From an uncultured Methanocellaceae archaeon (GTDB lineage: Archaea; Halobacteriota; Methanocellia; Methanocellales; Methanocellaceae): a DNA stretch of 64,000 bases. The DNA lies in the NCBI GenBank assembly GCA_963792125.1, contig CAWBVA010000006.1, forward strand, positions 35,811 to 99,810. Reading direction: 5' to 3'. A model generated the notes under the pieces. That model ran no database searches. It saw nothing but the letters and a program-made list of their open reading frames with translations, and was not told where the DNA came from. The first letter of the stretch is position 1. The number at the start of each line of letters is the position of its first letter. The translations under genes were made by a program, and so were the position numbers. Shown piece after piece: positions 1 through 11,410 of the stretch.

Positions 1-1257
1 CGAGGACGACCTCAAGTCCGGCCGACTCCGGGCTGTCACGTCGACCAACGCGCTGGAGGTGGGCATCGACATCGGCTCGCTGGACTCGGTCATCATTTCC
101 GGCTATCCCGGCACCAGGATTTCCACCTGGCAACAGGCAGGCCGTGCAGGCAGGGGCCGGGACGATGCGCTGGTCACACTGGTCGCGTTCGACGACCCCA
201 TAGACCAGTTCTACATGAAGCACCCGGGCCAGTTCTTCGGCGGAAGAACGAACAGGCTATCGTCGACCTGCGCAACCCGTACATCCTCATGGGCCACATC
301 ATGTGTGCATCGGCGGAATTGCCGGTCACCGTCAATGACTACGCATACTTCGGCGACGTCTCAGAGATAGTGGAGACCATGGCAGCGACAGGGCTGCTGC
401 GGAAGACGCCAAGAGGCTATGTCTACGGCGGCACCAAGACGCCGTCGGAGATCGTCAGCCTGGAGAGCATCTCAGGCAAGTCTGTGAACGTTCTCTGCGA
501 CGGCCATGTCATCGAGACCATGGATACAGCCCGGGCCTGCTCGGAGGCACACGAGGGCGCGGTGCTGCTCCACATGGGCGAGACGTTCCTGATCGAGGAA
601 CTCGACCTGGGCCTGGGCATCGCGAAGGCGAAACGGCAGGACGTGGACTATTATACGCAGGCACTGAAGCTTTCGGACGTCTCGATCAAGTCGGAGACGG
701 CCCGGAAGACAGTAAACGGCATTACAGTATGTCTCGGCGAAGTCACTGTCACCGAGCAATATTACGAGTATGCCGTAAAGCGGTTCGAAAAGCTGGTCGG
801 GTACTACCCGCTGGACCTGCCGCCCCAGAAGTTCGAGTCTGTCGCGGTCTGGTTCACGCTGTCGCCGGAGTTCCAGGAAAAGATGCTTGCAGCCGGCGGC
901 GATTTCAACGGCGGCATCCACGCGGTCGAGCACGGGATGATCGCCATGGCACCGGTCTACGCGATGTGCGACCGCTGGGACCTCGGCGGCCTTTCGACAC
1001 CGCTGCACCCGGACACCGGCGTCCCGACCATCTTCATTTACGACGGCTACGAGGGCGGCATCGGCATCTCGGAAAAGTGCTACCAGATCTTCCCGGAGCT
1101 GACCCAGGCTACGCTTGAGCTAATCCGGGACTGCGAATGCGAAGCCGGATGCCCGGCCTGCATCTACTCGCCCAAGTGCGGGAACAAGAACGCGCCGCTG
1201 GATAAGAGTGCGGCACTTAATATCCTGGCGCACATGCGCACGGAAAATGCAGTTTAA
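1..1257 (+). CDS. DEAD/DEAH-box helicase, Hrq1/MrfA-like with C-terminal DUF1998; 5' end outside window, frameshift near 245
   Basis: Motifs [12 protein letters not shown] and WQQAGRAGR in the first frame. After a 1-nt shift it continues [17 protein letters not shown], then [10 protein letters not shown] and the Cys cluster [16 protein letters not shown]. Confidence 0.9.
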   Translation, partial: RGRPQVRPTPGCHVDQRAGGGHRHRLAGLGHHFRLSRHQDFHLATGRPCRQGPGRCAGHTGRVRRPHRPVLHEAPGPVLRRKNEQAIVDLRNPYILMGHIMCASAELPVTVNDYAYFGDVSEIVETMAATGLLRKTPRGYVYGGTKTPSEIVSLESISGKSVNVLCDGHVIETMDTARACSEAHEGAVLLHMGETFLIEELDLGLGIAKAKRQDVDYYTQALKLSDVSIKSETARKTVNGITVCLGEVTVTEQYYEYAVKRFEKLVGYYPLDLPPQKFESVAVWFTLSPEFQEKMLAAGGDFNGGIHAVEHGMIAMAPVYAMCDRWDLGGLSTPLHPDTGVPTIFIYDGYEGGIGISEKCYQIFPELTQATLELIRDCECEAGCPACIYSPKCGNKNAPLDKSAALNILAHMRTENAV

Positions 1258-1584
1258 CCGCATACCGGAAAGCTAACGCATATAAGGCATATACTAACTT
1301 GTTTAGCAGGTACACGGACACAGAGTAAAGAAACGGATCACTAGTCTCTATAAATACAAACTCTGTGAACCCGTGACGTCTTTGTGTACTCTGTGTTGAA
1401 TGCCTTATCAGCGTATACAACATGCACAAAGGACTAACGCCAGAACCTGTAGACAGCGAATGACTAGGCTGGTCAGGCATTAGCCGACGCGAAATGGCTG
1501 GACTAATCGTCGCCTGTCTGGCACACGCCCGCACGCGCGCGTAACCGCCCATGCATATGCATGGGTGCTGAATGAAAAAAGTAT

Positions 1585-1857
1585 TTAGTCTTCCTTGCCC
1601 CAGAACTTGTCGGCTTCTTTCTCCATTTTGTCCAGCCGGGTGTAGTAGTCCGGGAACTCATTTAAATGCGCTAACGCGATCTTGCCTGTGATCAGCGGAT
1701 CGTCGTTGGTAACGTTGGTGTGGGAGTCCACCTTGCCGTGCTCCAGCTCCACGTCCATGCCGCGGCGGAACTGCTCGATATCATATTTATCCCACTTGAT
1801 GCCAAGCTGCTCGCCGATCTTCTTCGCCTGCGCTGCGGTAAAAACCTTCTTGCCCAT
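1585..1857 (-). CDS. DUF5661-family small protein
   Basis: FRRGMDVELEHG...TNDDPLITGKIALAHLNEFPDYYTRL signature; GGAG upstream of the ATG at 1857. Confidence 0.8.
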   Translation of the reverse strand: MGKKVFTAAQAKKIGEQLGIKWDKYDIEQFRRGMDVELEHGKVDSHTNVTNDDPLITGKIALAHLNEFPDYYTRLDKMEKEADKFWGKED

Positions 1858-1967
1858 AAATTTCTCCTGATATATATTCACGAATGCGGGATAAATATTT
1901 TACCGCCCTGGGGTCGAAACCGTAATGCTTATTGTATCAGGGTACAGTGATATGGCCGGTGTGTAAT

Positions 1968-2672
1968 ATGCCAAGGTATTCGCTGGACGAATTCATACAG
2001 CAGACCGCCCAGAAGGACAAGGGCGAAGGGATGTTCGAGCTGGAGAACCACAAGCTGCTCGAGATTAACCTGAACGGCATGGTATGGATCAAGATCGGTT
2101 CCATGGTCGCCTACACGGGAGCCATGCGCTTCGAGCGGGAAGGGATGATGGAAGCGGGCATCGACAAGTTCTTCAAGAAAGCGCTTACCGGAGAGGGCGT
2201 TCACCTCTCGAAAGCCACCGGGACAGGCAAGCTGTATGTGGCCGACAGCGGCAAACGCATAGCCATCATCAACCTGCAGAATGAGTCCATCTACGTCAAT
2301 GGCAACGACGTGCTTGCGTTCGAGCAGTCCGTGAAATGGGACATCAAGATGATGCGGCGCATGTCCTCGATGCTGGCGGGCGGCCTGTTCAACGTGAAGC
2401 TGGAAGGTACTGGCATGGTCGCGATCACGACCTACGGCGAGCCGGTCACGCTCCGGGTGACAAAGGGACAGCCGGTCATCACCGATCCGAACGCTACGGT
2501 CGCATGGTCCGGTAACCTTACGCCTGAGCTGCGGACGGACATTAATTTCAAGACGCTCATCGGCCGGGGCAGCGGCGAATCCATCCAGTCGGTCTATACC
2601 GGCGAGGGCTTTGTCGTCATCCAGCCGTCTGAAGAAGTCTATTACACACAGCAGGCAGGCGGGGCTCACTAA
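1968..2672 (+). CDS. AIM24 (TIGR00266-like) family protein
   Basis: GSMVAY, GEGVHL, GGLFNVKLEGTG and GEGFVVIQP motifs. Confidence 0.9.
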   Translation: MPRYSLDEFIQQTAQKDKGEGMFELENHKLLEINLNGMVWIKIGSMVAYTGAMRFEREGMMEAGIDKFFKKALTGEGVHLSKATGTGKLYVADSGKRIAIINLQNESIYVNGNDVLAFEQSVKWDIKMMRRMSSMLAGGLFNVKLEGTGMVAITTYGEPVTLRVTKGQPVITDPNATVAWSGNLTPELRTDINFKTLIGRGSGESIQSVYTGEGFVVIQPSEEVYYTQQAGGAH

Positions 2673-2702
2673 AGCCCCCCTGTCAGCTTTTTTCTTTTAC
2701 AG

Positions 2703-2802
2703 CCACAGAGGGCACATTGGGCACGGAGACACAAAGTCTTTATAAATTATTAGTCTTTAATCCCGCAGCGGCCTCTGTGGACTTTGTGCCCTCCGTGCCC
2801 TC
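2703..2802. repeat. Short imperfect inverted-repeat element (CACAGAG/CTCTGTG type)
   Basis: ccacagagg/cctctgtgg, gggcacggag/ctccgtgccc and cacaaagtc/gactttgtg arms around an AT-rich spacer. Confidence 0.7.
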
Positions 2803-2859
2803 CGGGAGATTACTTTCATCATGCTTGGCTCAAGGGTTAATATTTATGCGGGGTAAATA

Positions 2860-4959
2860 ATGCACGTGAGCGAACTAACCGCTTTTCCGGGTATCGGAGA
2901 GAAGATAGCTGTAAAGCTGATCGACCATTTTGGCTCCGAGCAGGTGGCCATGGAAGTGTTGCGCCAGCGTGACGTGGCGAGCCTTGCGGAAGTGCCCGGG
3001 ATCAGCGAAAAGTACGCCGTGTCCATCATTCACCAGGCGATCGCGCACCAGGACGGCGTCTCCATCGAGGACTTCCTGCAGACGCCGGAGGCTATGAACG
3101 TCTACGATAAAGTCATCGGCCTGATTCGCTCTTATTCTCATACCCAGTATTCCCGGGCCAAGCTCAGCACGTATATCCCCTATCCATCGTCGAAGATCGC
3201 TCATATCAAAGCCACACAGGCCAGCCTGGGAGAGTACATCGGCCTTGCGGGAAAGCTGTCGGATAACCATTCTCTCGAGCAGGCTTTAAAGAAGCTGCGG
3301 TACCTGAAGAAACCGTCCGGCGTGCAGAAATCCCGGGACCGTGTCATTCTCGCCGACAATAAGAAAGACTACGAGACCATCGTGAAAGGCGGCATCGACA
3401 AATACCTCGACGTCCACCTCATCGATAACGTCCACGACCTCGTGGACATGGCGAAAGGCTATGCGCAGGCGCTGGTAGTCGGCCAGAAATACTCGGGCGG
3501 CGACTACCCCGAAGAGCTAAGCTTAGAGTTCGTCGACAATCCCGGCGACCTGTGGTGGCTGGTGCCCGAAGTGACTATCGGGTTCTTCGCGACAAACAAA
3601 GAGCCGCTCGAGGCCGCGCTGGAGACCATACTTATTGTCCGCGCGGAGTCGCCGACATTTTGCCAGTACATGGACGAGGCAAAGACAGCAGAGCTGTCTT
3701 CCGAGCTGGCCCGCATCAGCCCGGATGGCGAGCTGGCTGCAGGCGTGGACGCCGAGCTTGACCGTTTGAAAAATGTTCTGGCGAAGTTCAACGTGACGCT
3801 GCAGGCGACGTTGAAAAAGGCGAACACAGACCTGCAGGAGCGCATGGAAAAGAGCACGGTCACGCTAAAGGGCTCACAGCTGCTGGGCATGTTCGGGACC
3901 GGACAGGATGCCGGGCTGAAGAACATGCTGGAGAAGGAAGTGTCGAAAGCTTACTCCGAAGTGGTCTTGTCGGCAAAAGAGAGCCTGAAGGACCAGCTGT
4001 CCCTCAAGCCCTTCGAGATGCAGCATGTGGACGTCATGTTCAATGACGAGATCGTATACCCCATCGAGATCAACCACCGGGCCGTCGAGAACTTCCGCAA
4101 CGCCGTGAACAGGGCCCTGACCGGCCGGGTGCTGGAGAACAAGCGTGCCAGCGCGAAGAAGCTGGCGAAGTACGAACCAGCCTGCAGGGACATGATCCGC
4201 GACACGCTGGAGTTCGACATGTACTTCGCCATCGGCCTGTTCGCCGCCGACTACGGGCTGCGGATGCCGAAGCTGGCGAAGTCCGGCATCAACATATCCG
4301 GCGGACGCAACATCTTCCTGCAGAAGAAGGCTGAGCCGGTCTCGTACAGTGTCGGCGTGAAGAACGGCGAGGCAAAAGGCGAGCGTATCGTGTTGCTGAG
4401 CGGCGTCAACTCGGGCGGCAAGACCACGATGCTGGACATGCTGGCACAGATCGCCATCCTGGCGCACATGGGCTTCCCGGTGCCTGCAGAGGCGGCTGAT
4501 ATCGGGCTGATCGATGCGCTGCTATACTACAGCAAGTCCAAAGGAACGCTAACGGCAGGCGCGTTTGAGACAACCATACGTGACTTCTCCCGCGTGGTCT
4601 CGCCAGGCTCCAAGCTGGTGCTGGTGGACGAGCTGGAGTCGATCACTGAGCCGGGCGCATCCGCGCGTATCATCGCTGGCATCCTGGAAGCGCTCTACGA
4701 GAACGACGGCAGCGAAGCTGTGTTCGTGAGCCACCTCGCAGAGCAGATCATGGCTAATACGAAGTGCCAGATCAGAGTTGACGGCATCGAGGCGAAAGGC
4801 CTGGACGCGAACCTGAACCTGATCGTCGACCGTACACCCCGCTACAATTACCTTGCGAAGAGCACGCCCGAGCTGATCGTCGAGCGGCTCACCCGTTCGT
4901 CGGCGGGCGACCAGAAGGCGTTCTACGGGCGGCTGCTCGCAAAGTTCAAGAGCAAGTAA
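2860..4959 (+). CDS. Archaeal MutS-related ATPase (MutS2/MutS5-like) with N-terminal helix-hairpin-helix
   Basis: HhH motifs FPGIGEK and VPGISEK; Walker A SGVNSGGKTT; LVDELESITEPGA; VSHL. Confidence 0.85.
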   Translation: MHVSELTAFPGIGEKIAVKLIDHFGSEQVAMEVLRQRDVASLAEVPGISEKYAVSIIHQAIAHQDGVSIEDFLQTPEAMNVYDKVIGLIRSYSHTQYSRAKLSTYIPYPSSKIAHIKATQASLGEYIGLAGKLSDNHSLEQALKKLRYLKKPSGVQKSRDRVILADNKKDYETIVKGGIDKYLDVHLIDNVHDLVDMAKGYAQALVVGQKYSGGDYPEELSLEFVDNPGDLWWLVPEVTIGFFATNKEPLEAALETILIVRAESPTFCQYMDEAKTAELSSELARISPDGELAAGVDAELDRLKNVLAKFNVTLQATLKKANTDLQERMEKSTVTLKGSQLLGMFGTGQDAGLKNMLEKEVSKAYSEVVLSAKESLKDQLSLKPFEMQHVDVMFNDEIVYPIEINHRAVENFRNAVNRALTGRVLENKRASAKKLAKYEPACRDMIRDTLEFDMYFAIGLFAADYGLRMPKLAKSGINISGGRNIFLQKKAEPVSYSVGVKNGEAKGERIVLLSGVNSGGKTTMLDMLAQIAILAHMGFPVPAEAADIGLIDALLYYSKSKGTLTAGAFETTIRDFSRVVSPGSKLVLVDELESITEPGASARIIAGILEALYENDGSEAVFVSHLAEQIMANTKCQIRVDGIEAKGLDANLNLIVDRTPRYNYLAKSTPELIVERLTRSSAGDQKAFYGRLLAKFKSK

Positions 4960-5032
4960 TGCATTCTGCGTAAAAGGATTGCGGGCAGGGTACCATGCAG
5001 GTAGATGCCCTGTCTCGCACAGAGTGATTTTT

Positions 5033-5747
5033 ATGACGCTACGAAGCAATAAATTCGATACTGCTTTTGTCAAAGAGAACATGATGGGCCCGAACGCTTC
5101 GATCAGGATGAGCCGACGAGCTGGCGAAGTCGCTGAAGCTGGAAAAGGGCATGCGTGTCCTCGACCTCGGCTGCGGGAAAGGGCTGACCTCGATATACCT
5201 GGCAAAGGAATTCGGCGTAACAGTCTATGCCACCGACCTATGGATCAGCGCGTCGGAGAATTACGAGCGGTTCAAGGCGATGGGCGTGGAAGATAAAATC
5301 ATCCCTATCCATGCCGAAGCCCACGACCTCCCGTTTGCGCAGGAGTTTTTCGATGCCGCCGTCAGTGTCGACGCATACCACTACTTCGGCATCGAGCCGG
5401 ACTACCTGGAAAAGCACTTCGCCCCGCTCGTTAAAAAGGGCGGACAGATAGCGGTTGCGGTGCCCGGGCTGAAAAAAGAGTTTGCCGCAGAGGTCCCCGC
5501 CGGGCTGGCTCCTTACTGGATCGAAGAAGTAAGGAACACGATCCGCTCGCGCGGGTGGTGGCAGGACTTATGGAAAGCATCGACAGCGATCAGCTTCAAA
5601 GAATGCAAAGAGATGAAATGCTTCAAAGAAGCATGGCAGGACTGGCTGACGTGCGACCATGAGTTTGCCCGCAAGGACATCGGCATGATGGATGCTGGCG
5701 GCTGGAAAGAGTTCAACCTGGTCGCGATGGTGGCCGAAAAGCTATAG
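5033..5747 (+). CDS. Class I SAM-dependent methyltransferase; frameshift near 5100-5115
   Basis: N-terminal ENMMGPN in one frame; VLDLGCGKG, DAYHYFG and GGQIAVAVPG in the next. Confidence 0.85.
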
Positions 5748-5762
5748 GGCAGGCCACTTTTT

Positions 5763-6488
5763 TTATTTCCCGTCCGCGAACGTTTCCAGCAAGATTTCCC
5801 CGTTCATCCGGTCCAGCTCGTCGAAGGCCGCACGAAGCTGGCCTGCGTACATGCCGACGCTCTTTTCGTCGCCCGACAGCCGTGCGCCCGCTGCGATGGC
5901 GTTTTTCGCCATGTCCTCCTGCCACCGGTCGCCGTACAGGCGGTAATACTCTCGCGTGGTCTCCATCTGGATGCAGTATGCCGCTAGCTCATTAAAATCG
6001 GGAGACACGATACCCGCGTTATCCAGACCGAAGACGAAGCATCCGTCGAACGCGTCACCGTCTTTCCGGCGCTGCATCTTCATGATGCTGGCCCGGGTCA
6101 CATGAATCGTGTTGAACGGGTAGAGGCGGCAGACCAGGGGTTTCGCGTCGTTCACGGTACACCCGTCCCTGCCGGAATAGAACGGGCAAACACCTTTCTT
6201 GGTCTTGATCGCGATGCCTTTGAAGGGGCCATGACCGAAGACGTCGAAGACAATGGTTTCCTGGCAGTACCTGCGGACGAAGCGTTTCAGCGTAACGCGA
6301 AGCCGCCGGGCTATGAGATGCGCGTCGTTGAGCGATATGACGATGCCGTCCTGGTGCCTGCAGCATGCCCCGCAACGCTTGCAATGGTATTTCCCGATAT
6401 CGATCTGCACGTGATTCGATGCATCCTCCCGGGTCATGCCGATATCATGGGCTAATCCCCGCATATCATCCGGTGTTATATTTCCCAT
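5763..6488 (-). CDS. YkgJ-family (CxxCxxCC) cysteine-cluster protein
   Basis: CKRCGACCR ... CPFY ... CTVNDAKPLVCRLYPF. Confidence 0.85.
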   Translation of the reverse strand: MGNITPDDMRGLAHDIGMTREDASNHVQIDIGKYHCKRCGACCRHQDGIVISLNDAHLIARRLRVTLKRFVRRYCQETIVFDVFGHGPFKGIAIKTKKGVCPFYSGRDGCTVNDAKPLVCRLYPFNTIHVTRASIMKMQRRKDGDAFDGCFVFGLDNAGIVSPDFNELAAYCIQMETTREYYRLYGDRWQEDMAKNAIAAGARLSGDEKSVGMYAGQLRAAFDELDRMNGEILLETFADGK

Positions 6489-6534
6489 GTGAAATCCTCG
6501 TTTTCATTAATAATGGCTACCTGGCGCCTTTCGC

Positions 6535-6822
6535 CTACCCGAACAGTCGCGCAAAGCCGGGATATGCCTTGAGCGGTATCAGCTCGAACGAGATCAGCCC
6601 GGCCTGCACCAGCGGCAGCGTCTCGAGCGCATTTTTCGCCTCGCCGACCGACGACGCTTCCAGGATCAGGACAGCCTCGTTGCGGTCCTGGCGAAAGTAC
6701 ATCTCGCGTATAACGCCTGACTGGTGGAGCTCCCACGCCCGCATCGCCTCGGCCTTCATGAAAGGCTTGAAGGACTCTGTGCTGGCGCCGGGCAGCTCGT
6801 GCTCAATGGCCAGTATCTTCAT
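6535..6822 (-). CDS. Small alpha/beta-barrel protein (muconolactone isomerase/YCII-like)
   Basis: EAMRAWEL..SGVIREMYFR..AVLILE..LPLVQAGLI.FELIPL pattern. Confidence 0.65.
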   Translation of the reverse strand: MKILAIEHELPGASTESFKPFMKAEAMRAWELHQSGVIREMYFRQDRNEAVLILEASSVGEAKNALETLPLVQAGLISFELIPLKAYPGFARLFG

Positions 6823-7032
6823 ACTTTATCATCATGCACTCCCGGCTTTTAAGCTTGCGCATCACCCGGAGAACAATCTTTTTAGCCCATAAAGACACAG
6901 GTGATGAAGGCACGGAGAATGTCCGGGCCATGATAGCGAGCTATTTATTTGTACCTTCGCGTCTTTGGCTCGAAAGATATTAATAGATATACATATACAG
7001 CTATGTACAAATATATACATTGGAGGCCTTAG

Positions 7033-8331
7033 GTGAGCGCATACAAACCGGTGTCTTCAGATCGTCCTGACGATTTATTCATGCCCAGGAAAGACCTCGA
7101 GCAGCTGCAGCTTAAACGACTCAAAGCAGTAGCTAAGAGGGTGTACGAGAACAATGCTTTCTACCGGCGGAAGTTCGACGAGCTGGGCGTCAGGCCGGAG
7201 GACATCAGGAGCCTCTCGGACATCAGCAAACTGCCGACCACCGACAAGGCCGACCTCCGGGACAATTATCCTTACGGTCTCCTCTCCGTGCCGCGCAACG
7301 AAATCGTGCGCATGCACGCGTCGTCCGGTACCACGGGCAAGCCGACTGTCGTCTACTACACGAAGAACGACGTCCACACCTGGGCGCAGATGTTCGCCCG
7401 CTGCCTGAGGCTCGCGGGCGTTACCCGCGACGACGTGTTCCAGGTCACCCCGGGCTACGGGCTGTTCACCGGAGGGCTGGGCTTCCACTATGGCGGCGAA
7501 GAGCTGGGCTGCATGGTCATCCCCATCGGTCCGGGCGACACTCGCAAGCAGATCGAGATGATGAAGGACTTCGGCACGACGGTGCTGGGCGGCACCGTCA
7601 CGTATTCGCTTCGCATCTCCGAGGTCTGCCGGGACATGGGCATCGACCCGAAAGAGCTCGGCCTGCGCGTGGGCATTTTCGGTGCCGAGCACTGGTCTGA
7701 CGCCATGCGCAAGCAGATCGAGGGCACCTTCGGTTTCGACGCGTTCGACATCTACGGCCTCTCCGAGATGTTCGGGCCCGGCATCGGCCTGGACTGTAAA
7801 GAGCACCACGGCATCCATATCTGGGAAGACCACTTCATCCTCGAAATCCTCGATAAGCGCGGAGAGCAGTGCGACGAAGGGGAGCGGGGCGAGATCGTGC
7901 TCACGCCGCTGACCAAGGAAGGCATGCCGCTGATACGCTATAAGACGAGAGACCTGAGCAAGCTGCTCGGTGAGTGCTCCTGCGGGATGACCCACAGGAT
8001 TATCGACCGCGTCCATGGACGGACGGACGACATGGTCATTGTTCGCGGCGTGAACGTGTTCCCGGGCCAGATCGAGTCCGTGCTCATGAAGCACCCGGAC
8101 ATCAACAACGAGTGGTACGCCCATGCGAGAAGTGGCTCGTCAGGCTCGATGGATTCGCTGGTGATCCGCGTCGAGACGGATAAGCCCACCAGGGAGATGG
8201 TTGCCAGTCTCACCCGTGAGCTGACTTCGACGCTCATGGGCCTGAAGCCGGAACTGGAGCTGGTCCCCGTCGGCACGCTGCCCCGGCAGGAAAAGAAGAC
8301 CCGGCGGCTTGTCGACGAGCGCAAATATTAG
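7033..8331 (+). CDS. Phenylacetate-CoA ligase family (PaaK/F390 synthetase-like) AMP-forming enzyme, copy 1
   Basis: HASSGTTGKPT, YGLFTGGLG, DIYGLSE, GRTDDM, RGVNVFP. Confidence 0.92.
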   Translation: MSAYKPVSSDRPDDLFMPRKDLEQLQLKRLKAVAKRVYENNAFYRRKFDELGVRPEDIRSLSDISKLPTTDKADLRDNYPYGLLSVPRNEIVRMHASSGTTGKPTVVYYTKNDVHTWAQMFARCLRLAGVTRDDVFQVTPGYGLFTGGLGFHYGGEELGCMVIPIGPGDTRKQIEMMKDFGTTVLGGTVTYSLRISEVCRDMGIDPKELGLRVGIFGAEHWSDAMRKQIEGTFGFDAFDIYGLSEMFGPGIGLDCKEHHGIHIWEDHFILEILDKRGEQCDEGERGEIVLTPLTKEGMPLIRYKTRDLSKLLGECSCGMTHRIIDRVHGRTDDMVIVRGVNVFPGQIESVLMKHPDINNEWYAHARSGSSGSMDSLVIRVETDKPTREMVASLTRELTSTLMGLKPELELVPVGTLPRQEKKTRRLVDERKY

Positions 8332-8657
8332 ATACCGCGATACAAGACTGAAACATAGTCTTTATAACTTTTTTCTTCCATAAGGTTTGTTAATTTTAAT
8401 TAGTCTTGGCGCTCCTGCTACCTGACGCCCTTGGCGAGCTGACAGGAGGCGCATTGCATTTACAACAACAGCGACGCAGCCCTTGTCAATGCATTGCATA
8501 CCGGAACGCCAGGACAATGTATCAATGAAAAACGTTTGGGCGTATCTCCTGCGCGGGTGCTGCGCGCGTGGCATTAGACAGGCTGGCAATTTGTGGTTTT
8601 CGAAAGCCTTTTGCTGTCAGACGTTGTCTATTCGTTACAGGGGTATCATTGTGGCAG

Positions 8658-9254
8658 ATGCATCCTGGGGAGACGGGTAGCCTTTTCCGTCTGTATTACA
8701 GGACTATCGCGTTCGGGCTTACGCTGGGCCTGCTGGCCGTCGCGATCTTTCTCGCCATCGAGCTCATGTGGCAGACCGTTGCCAGTACGACCGCCTGGTC
8801 GGCCGGAGCCTTCGACGTCCAGTCCATCGCGATCTTCATCGTCATTGCGCTGGCTGCCGGAGCCCTCTATGCAGTGATCATGTGGTTCAAGAGCGACATC
8901 GGGCACCTGCTCATCGGCGACATGATCGCCGGCGCAGCCATGGGCACGGCCACATACCTTTTACTGCTCGTTTCTACGCTGGTCTACGAGGGCACGATGA
9001 TACACCTCGGGTTCGACGGGGCACACCCTGCGGGGCTCTCTTATGCGGCTGCGACATTTCTCGTGCCGCTGGTCACTATCGCGCTGATCGGGGCTATAGC
9101 GACGTCCGTCGGGGCTATCACCTGTCGTGCGATCATCAAGAAAAAGAGACCTGCGGACAGGGATCTGAGGAATGCTGCGCTTGGCGTGATCGGGCTGATC
9201 GCCCTGATCATCGTTGTGCCGCCGCTGGCAGCCCTCGTCCTGTCGGGCATCTGA
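8658..9254 (+). CDS. Hypothetical integral membrane protein (about 5 TM helices)
   Basis: Long hydrophobic segments; start codon uncertain. Confidence 0.65.
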   Translation: MHPGETGSLFRLYYRTIAFGLTLGLLAVAIFLAIELMWQTVASTTAWSAGAFDVQSIAIFIVIALAAGALYAVIMWFKSDIGHLLIGDMIAGAAMGTATYLLLLVSTLVYEGTMIHLGFDGAHPAGLSYAAATFLVPLVTIALIGAIATSVGAITCRAIIKKKRPADRDLRNAALGVIGLIALIIVVPPLAALVLSGI

Positions 9255-9280
9255 AGCGGAGCTTGAGAGCTCCGCCCCGT

Positions 9281-10200
9281 TTATATCGTGTCCTTCACTT
9301 CGATATTCGCCTTTGGCACGAGGCCCCAGTTGGTGACGTCCAGCACAGTCCTGGTGGCGCCTTCGGTGGTGATAGCTTCGTACTTCTCCCCTGGCTTCAG
9401 GTCCTTCTGTACGCCGTTAACGCTGATACGGACCCGGCCGTCCGCGCCGTGGAAGAGCACCTGCACGTCTATGCCCGGGCTGCTCCCGACGCCGTAGTCG
9501 AAGACATAGCGGTTATTGACGTCGTCGCTGTCCGAGAGGCCGAAGATAATCTGGAGACGTGTTAATGTCGACGCCAGCCTTCCTCTTCAGGACGAGCTGC
9601 TTTTTGCTGTCGCTGAACTGGTAGCCCATTGTGACGTTCGGGATAATGATGCCCTGGCTCGTCGGGTCGGTCAGCATGGTGTTCCTGGAGATCTCGATGA
9701 AAATGATCTGGTCATCAGGGATCGTCGACGATCCTTCTGTGAACGTGTCAGTGGCATTTGGCGTCGGAGTGGCCGTCGCTGTAGTGCTCCCTGCACCATA
9801 GTACTGCGACATCTGGTCCGACGTCGGCATCTGCGACAGCATGTTTAGTATAGGCTCTATGTCCGAGCCCGGCAGCCCGGACGCAGGCTGCGCAGAAGCG
9901 CGGTTCGACGGGCTGAAGAACGCCATGTCGTTCAGGCCCCAGTTATTGAACGCGCTCTGTGCCGGCGTCGATACCTGCTAAGTTGCTTGAAGGCACGCTC
10001 GTGCCTATGCTGGAAGACGGCGTGCTGAAGCTGCCCAGGCTCGTTGGCACGCTGGAGCCATACGAAGATGTGCCGAGCGAAGATGTGCCGAGCGAAGGTA
10101 TGCCCAGGCCGGACAAAGACGACGGGATGCTGAATGCTCCCGACGAAACGATAACCCCTGCCATCAGCAGGACCATAAGTGCGACCATTACCCGTTTCAT
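9281..10200 (-). CDS. Secreted Ser/Thr-rich hypothetical protein, split by frameshifts into ORFs 9943-10200, 9513-9926 and 9281-9466
   Basis: Signal peptide MKRVMVALMVLLMAGVIVSSGA after a GAGGGTA RBS; Ser/Gly-rich linker; the fragments are contiguous on the same strand. Confidence 0.65.
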
Positions 10201-10359
10201 ATTACTACCCTCAATACGTTGTTGCGTAAAATAGGCCATTCGTGTCGATAAGCCGTTGCAAGGGTTTCGACGGCAAAAAGCCCCGGGCCTGCTGATAAAA
10301 AGCCTATGCACCTGCCCTGCCGGGGGAAAGTTTATTGCCGCTGGCCTCCACATTGCCTG

Positions 10360-11325
10360 ATGAACATGGCCAGCGAGTACTGCGTGCTATCATGCACCCG
10401 TTGCGGCGACTGCTGCCGGAAACACGGGCTGTATCCTGTGACTTCTGCGGACCTCGCCGACATCTCTGTCAATACCGGCATCGGGACAGACGAGCTGTTA
10501 TCCCGCTTCTGCACGGTCGCCACGCACGACGGGAGGAAGGGATTATTCACCCGTGGCTCCGGCATGGCATGTCCGTTCCTGGCCGGCGACGAGTGCTCGA
10601 TACATGGGTTCAAGCCCATGGTGTGCTCCGTTTTTCCCGACAACGACGGCTATGTGACCGTCCGGCGTCTCAAGGAAGGCATGAAAGTGTCCACGGTCCG
10701 TGGCGAAGGCCTGTCCCGCTGTGCCGTCTGGGACATGCCCGACGACGGCATCCTCGAGCCGGACATCGAGAACACAGCCCGTTTCCATATAAGGGAAGAT
10801 ACCGATGCCCATTATTTTGCCGGCCACGATACCATCGACGGGGATACGGTCGACTATCTGGCCAGGCTGGCTGAGATACGAACCAGCGACCTGTCGCTGT
10901 TCATGGCGACATCATATAAGTATGGCCTGTTGCGGCGATTCCATACCCGCGGTCTGCAGGATGTAACGCCGCTCATCCAGGCCGAACGCGACATCCTGTA
11001 CCGCTACTGCGGCACTTATGCGACGGCCGACATGCTGCCGGAGACCGTTATCGTATGCAGCGGAGTAAGGGCGACATTCGTCGACGGGCGGCCGGGCATC
11101 ACGGTCTTATGCGACCATCTGCCACCGGGCGCGCAGGGGAGGCCCATTTCCTGTGGCGCAGGTACGGGGAGACTGGCATATTTTCCGCAGTCGTCCGAGG
11201 GCGGCGGCGCAGGGCTCGTAACGGCCTTCGTCATACAAACGCCCTGCCTCGACGACATATATAAGCGACGGAAAGCTTCACCTCGCGTTCAGCGACGGAT
11301 CGGAGAAAGTGAGCTTTGTTTGTAA
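10360..11325 (+). CDS. YkgJ-family (CxxCxxCC) cysteine-cluster protein, copy 2; C-terminus probably frameshifted
   Basis: CTRCGDCCR ... CPFL ... CSIHGFKPMVCSVFP. Confidence 0.8.
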   Translation: MNMASEYCVLSCTRCGDCCRKHGLYPVTSADLADISVNTGIGTDELLSRFCTVATHDGRKGLFTRGSGMACPFLAGDECSIHGFKPMVCSVFPDNDGYVTVRRLKEGMKVSTVRGEGLSRCAVWDMPDDGILEPDIENTARFHIREDTDAHYFAGHDTIDGDTVDYLARLAEIRTSDLSLFMATSYKYGLLRRFHTRGLQDVTPLIQAERDILYRYCGTYATADMLPETVIVCSGVRATFVDGRPGITVLCDHLPPGAQGRPISCGAGTGRLAYFPQSSEGGGAGLVTAFVIQTPCLDDIYKRRKASPRVQRRIGESELCL

Positions 11326-11410
11326 AAATGGCATATTATGATGCATTGCCCGGATCAGGCAATATCTCGCGCGCGTGAGCGGCTGCCGGGCAGCAGGCAG
11401 TGCAGCCCGG

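Noticed and set aside
1548-1565. Perfect palindrome cccatgcatatgcatggg
   Set aside because: A single short copy between convergent genes; at most a terminator-associated hairpin.
10064-10097. 15 bp tandem repeat gaagatgtgccgagc
   Set aside because: A coding duplication (SLGTS) in a Ser/Gly-rich linker; no leader-core pattern to support a RiPP precursor.
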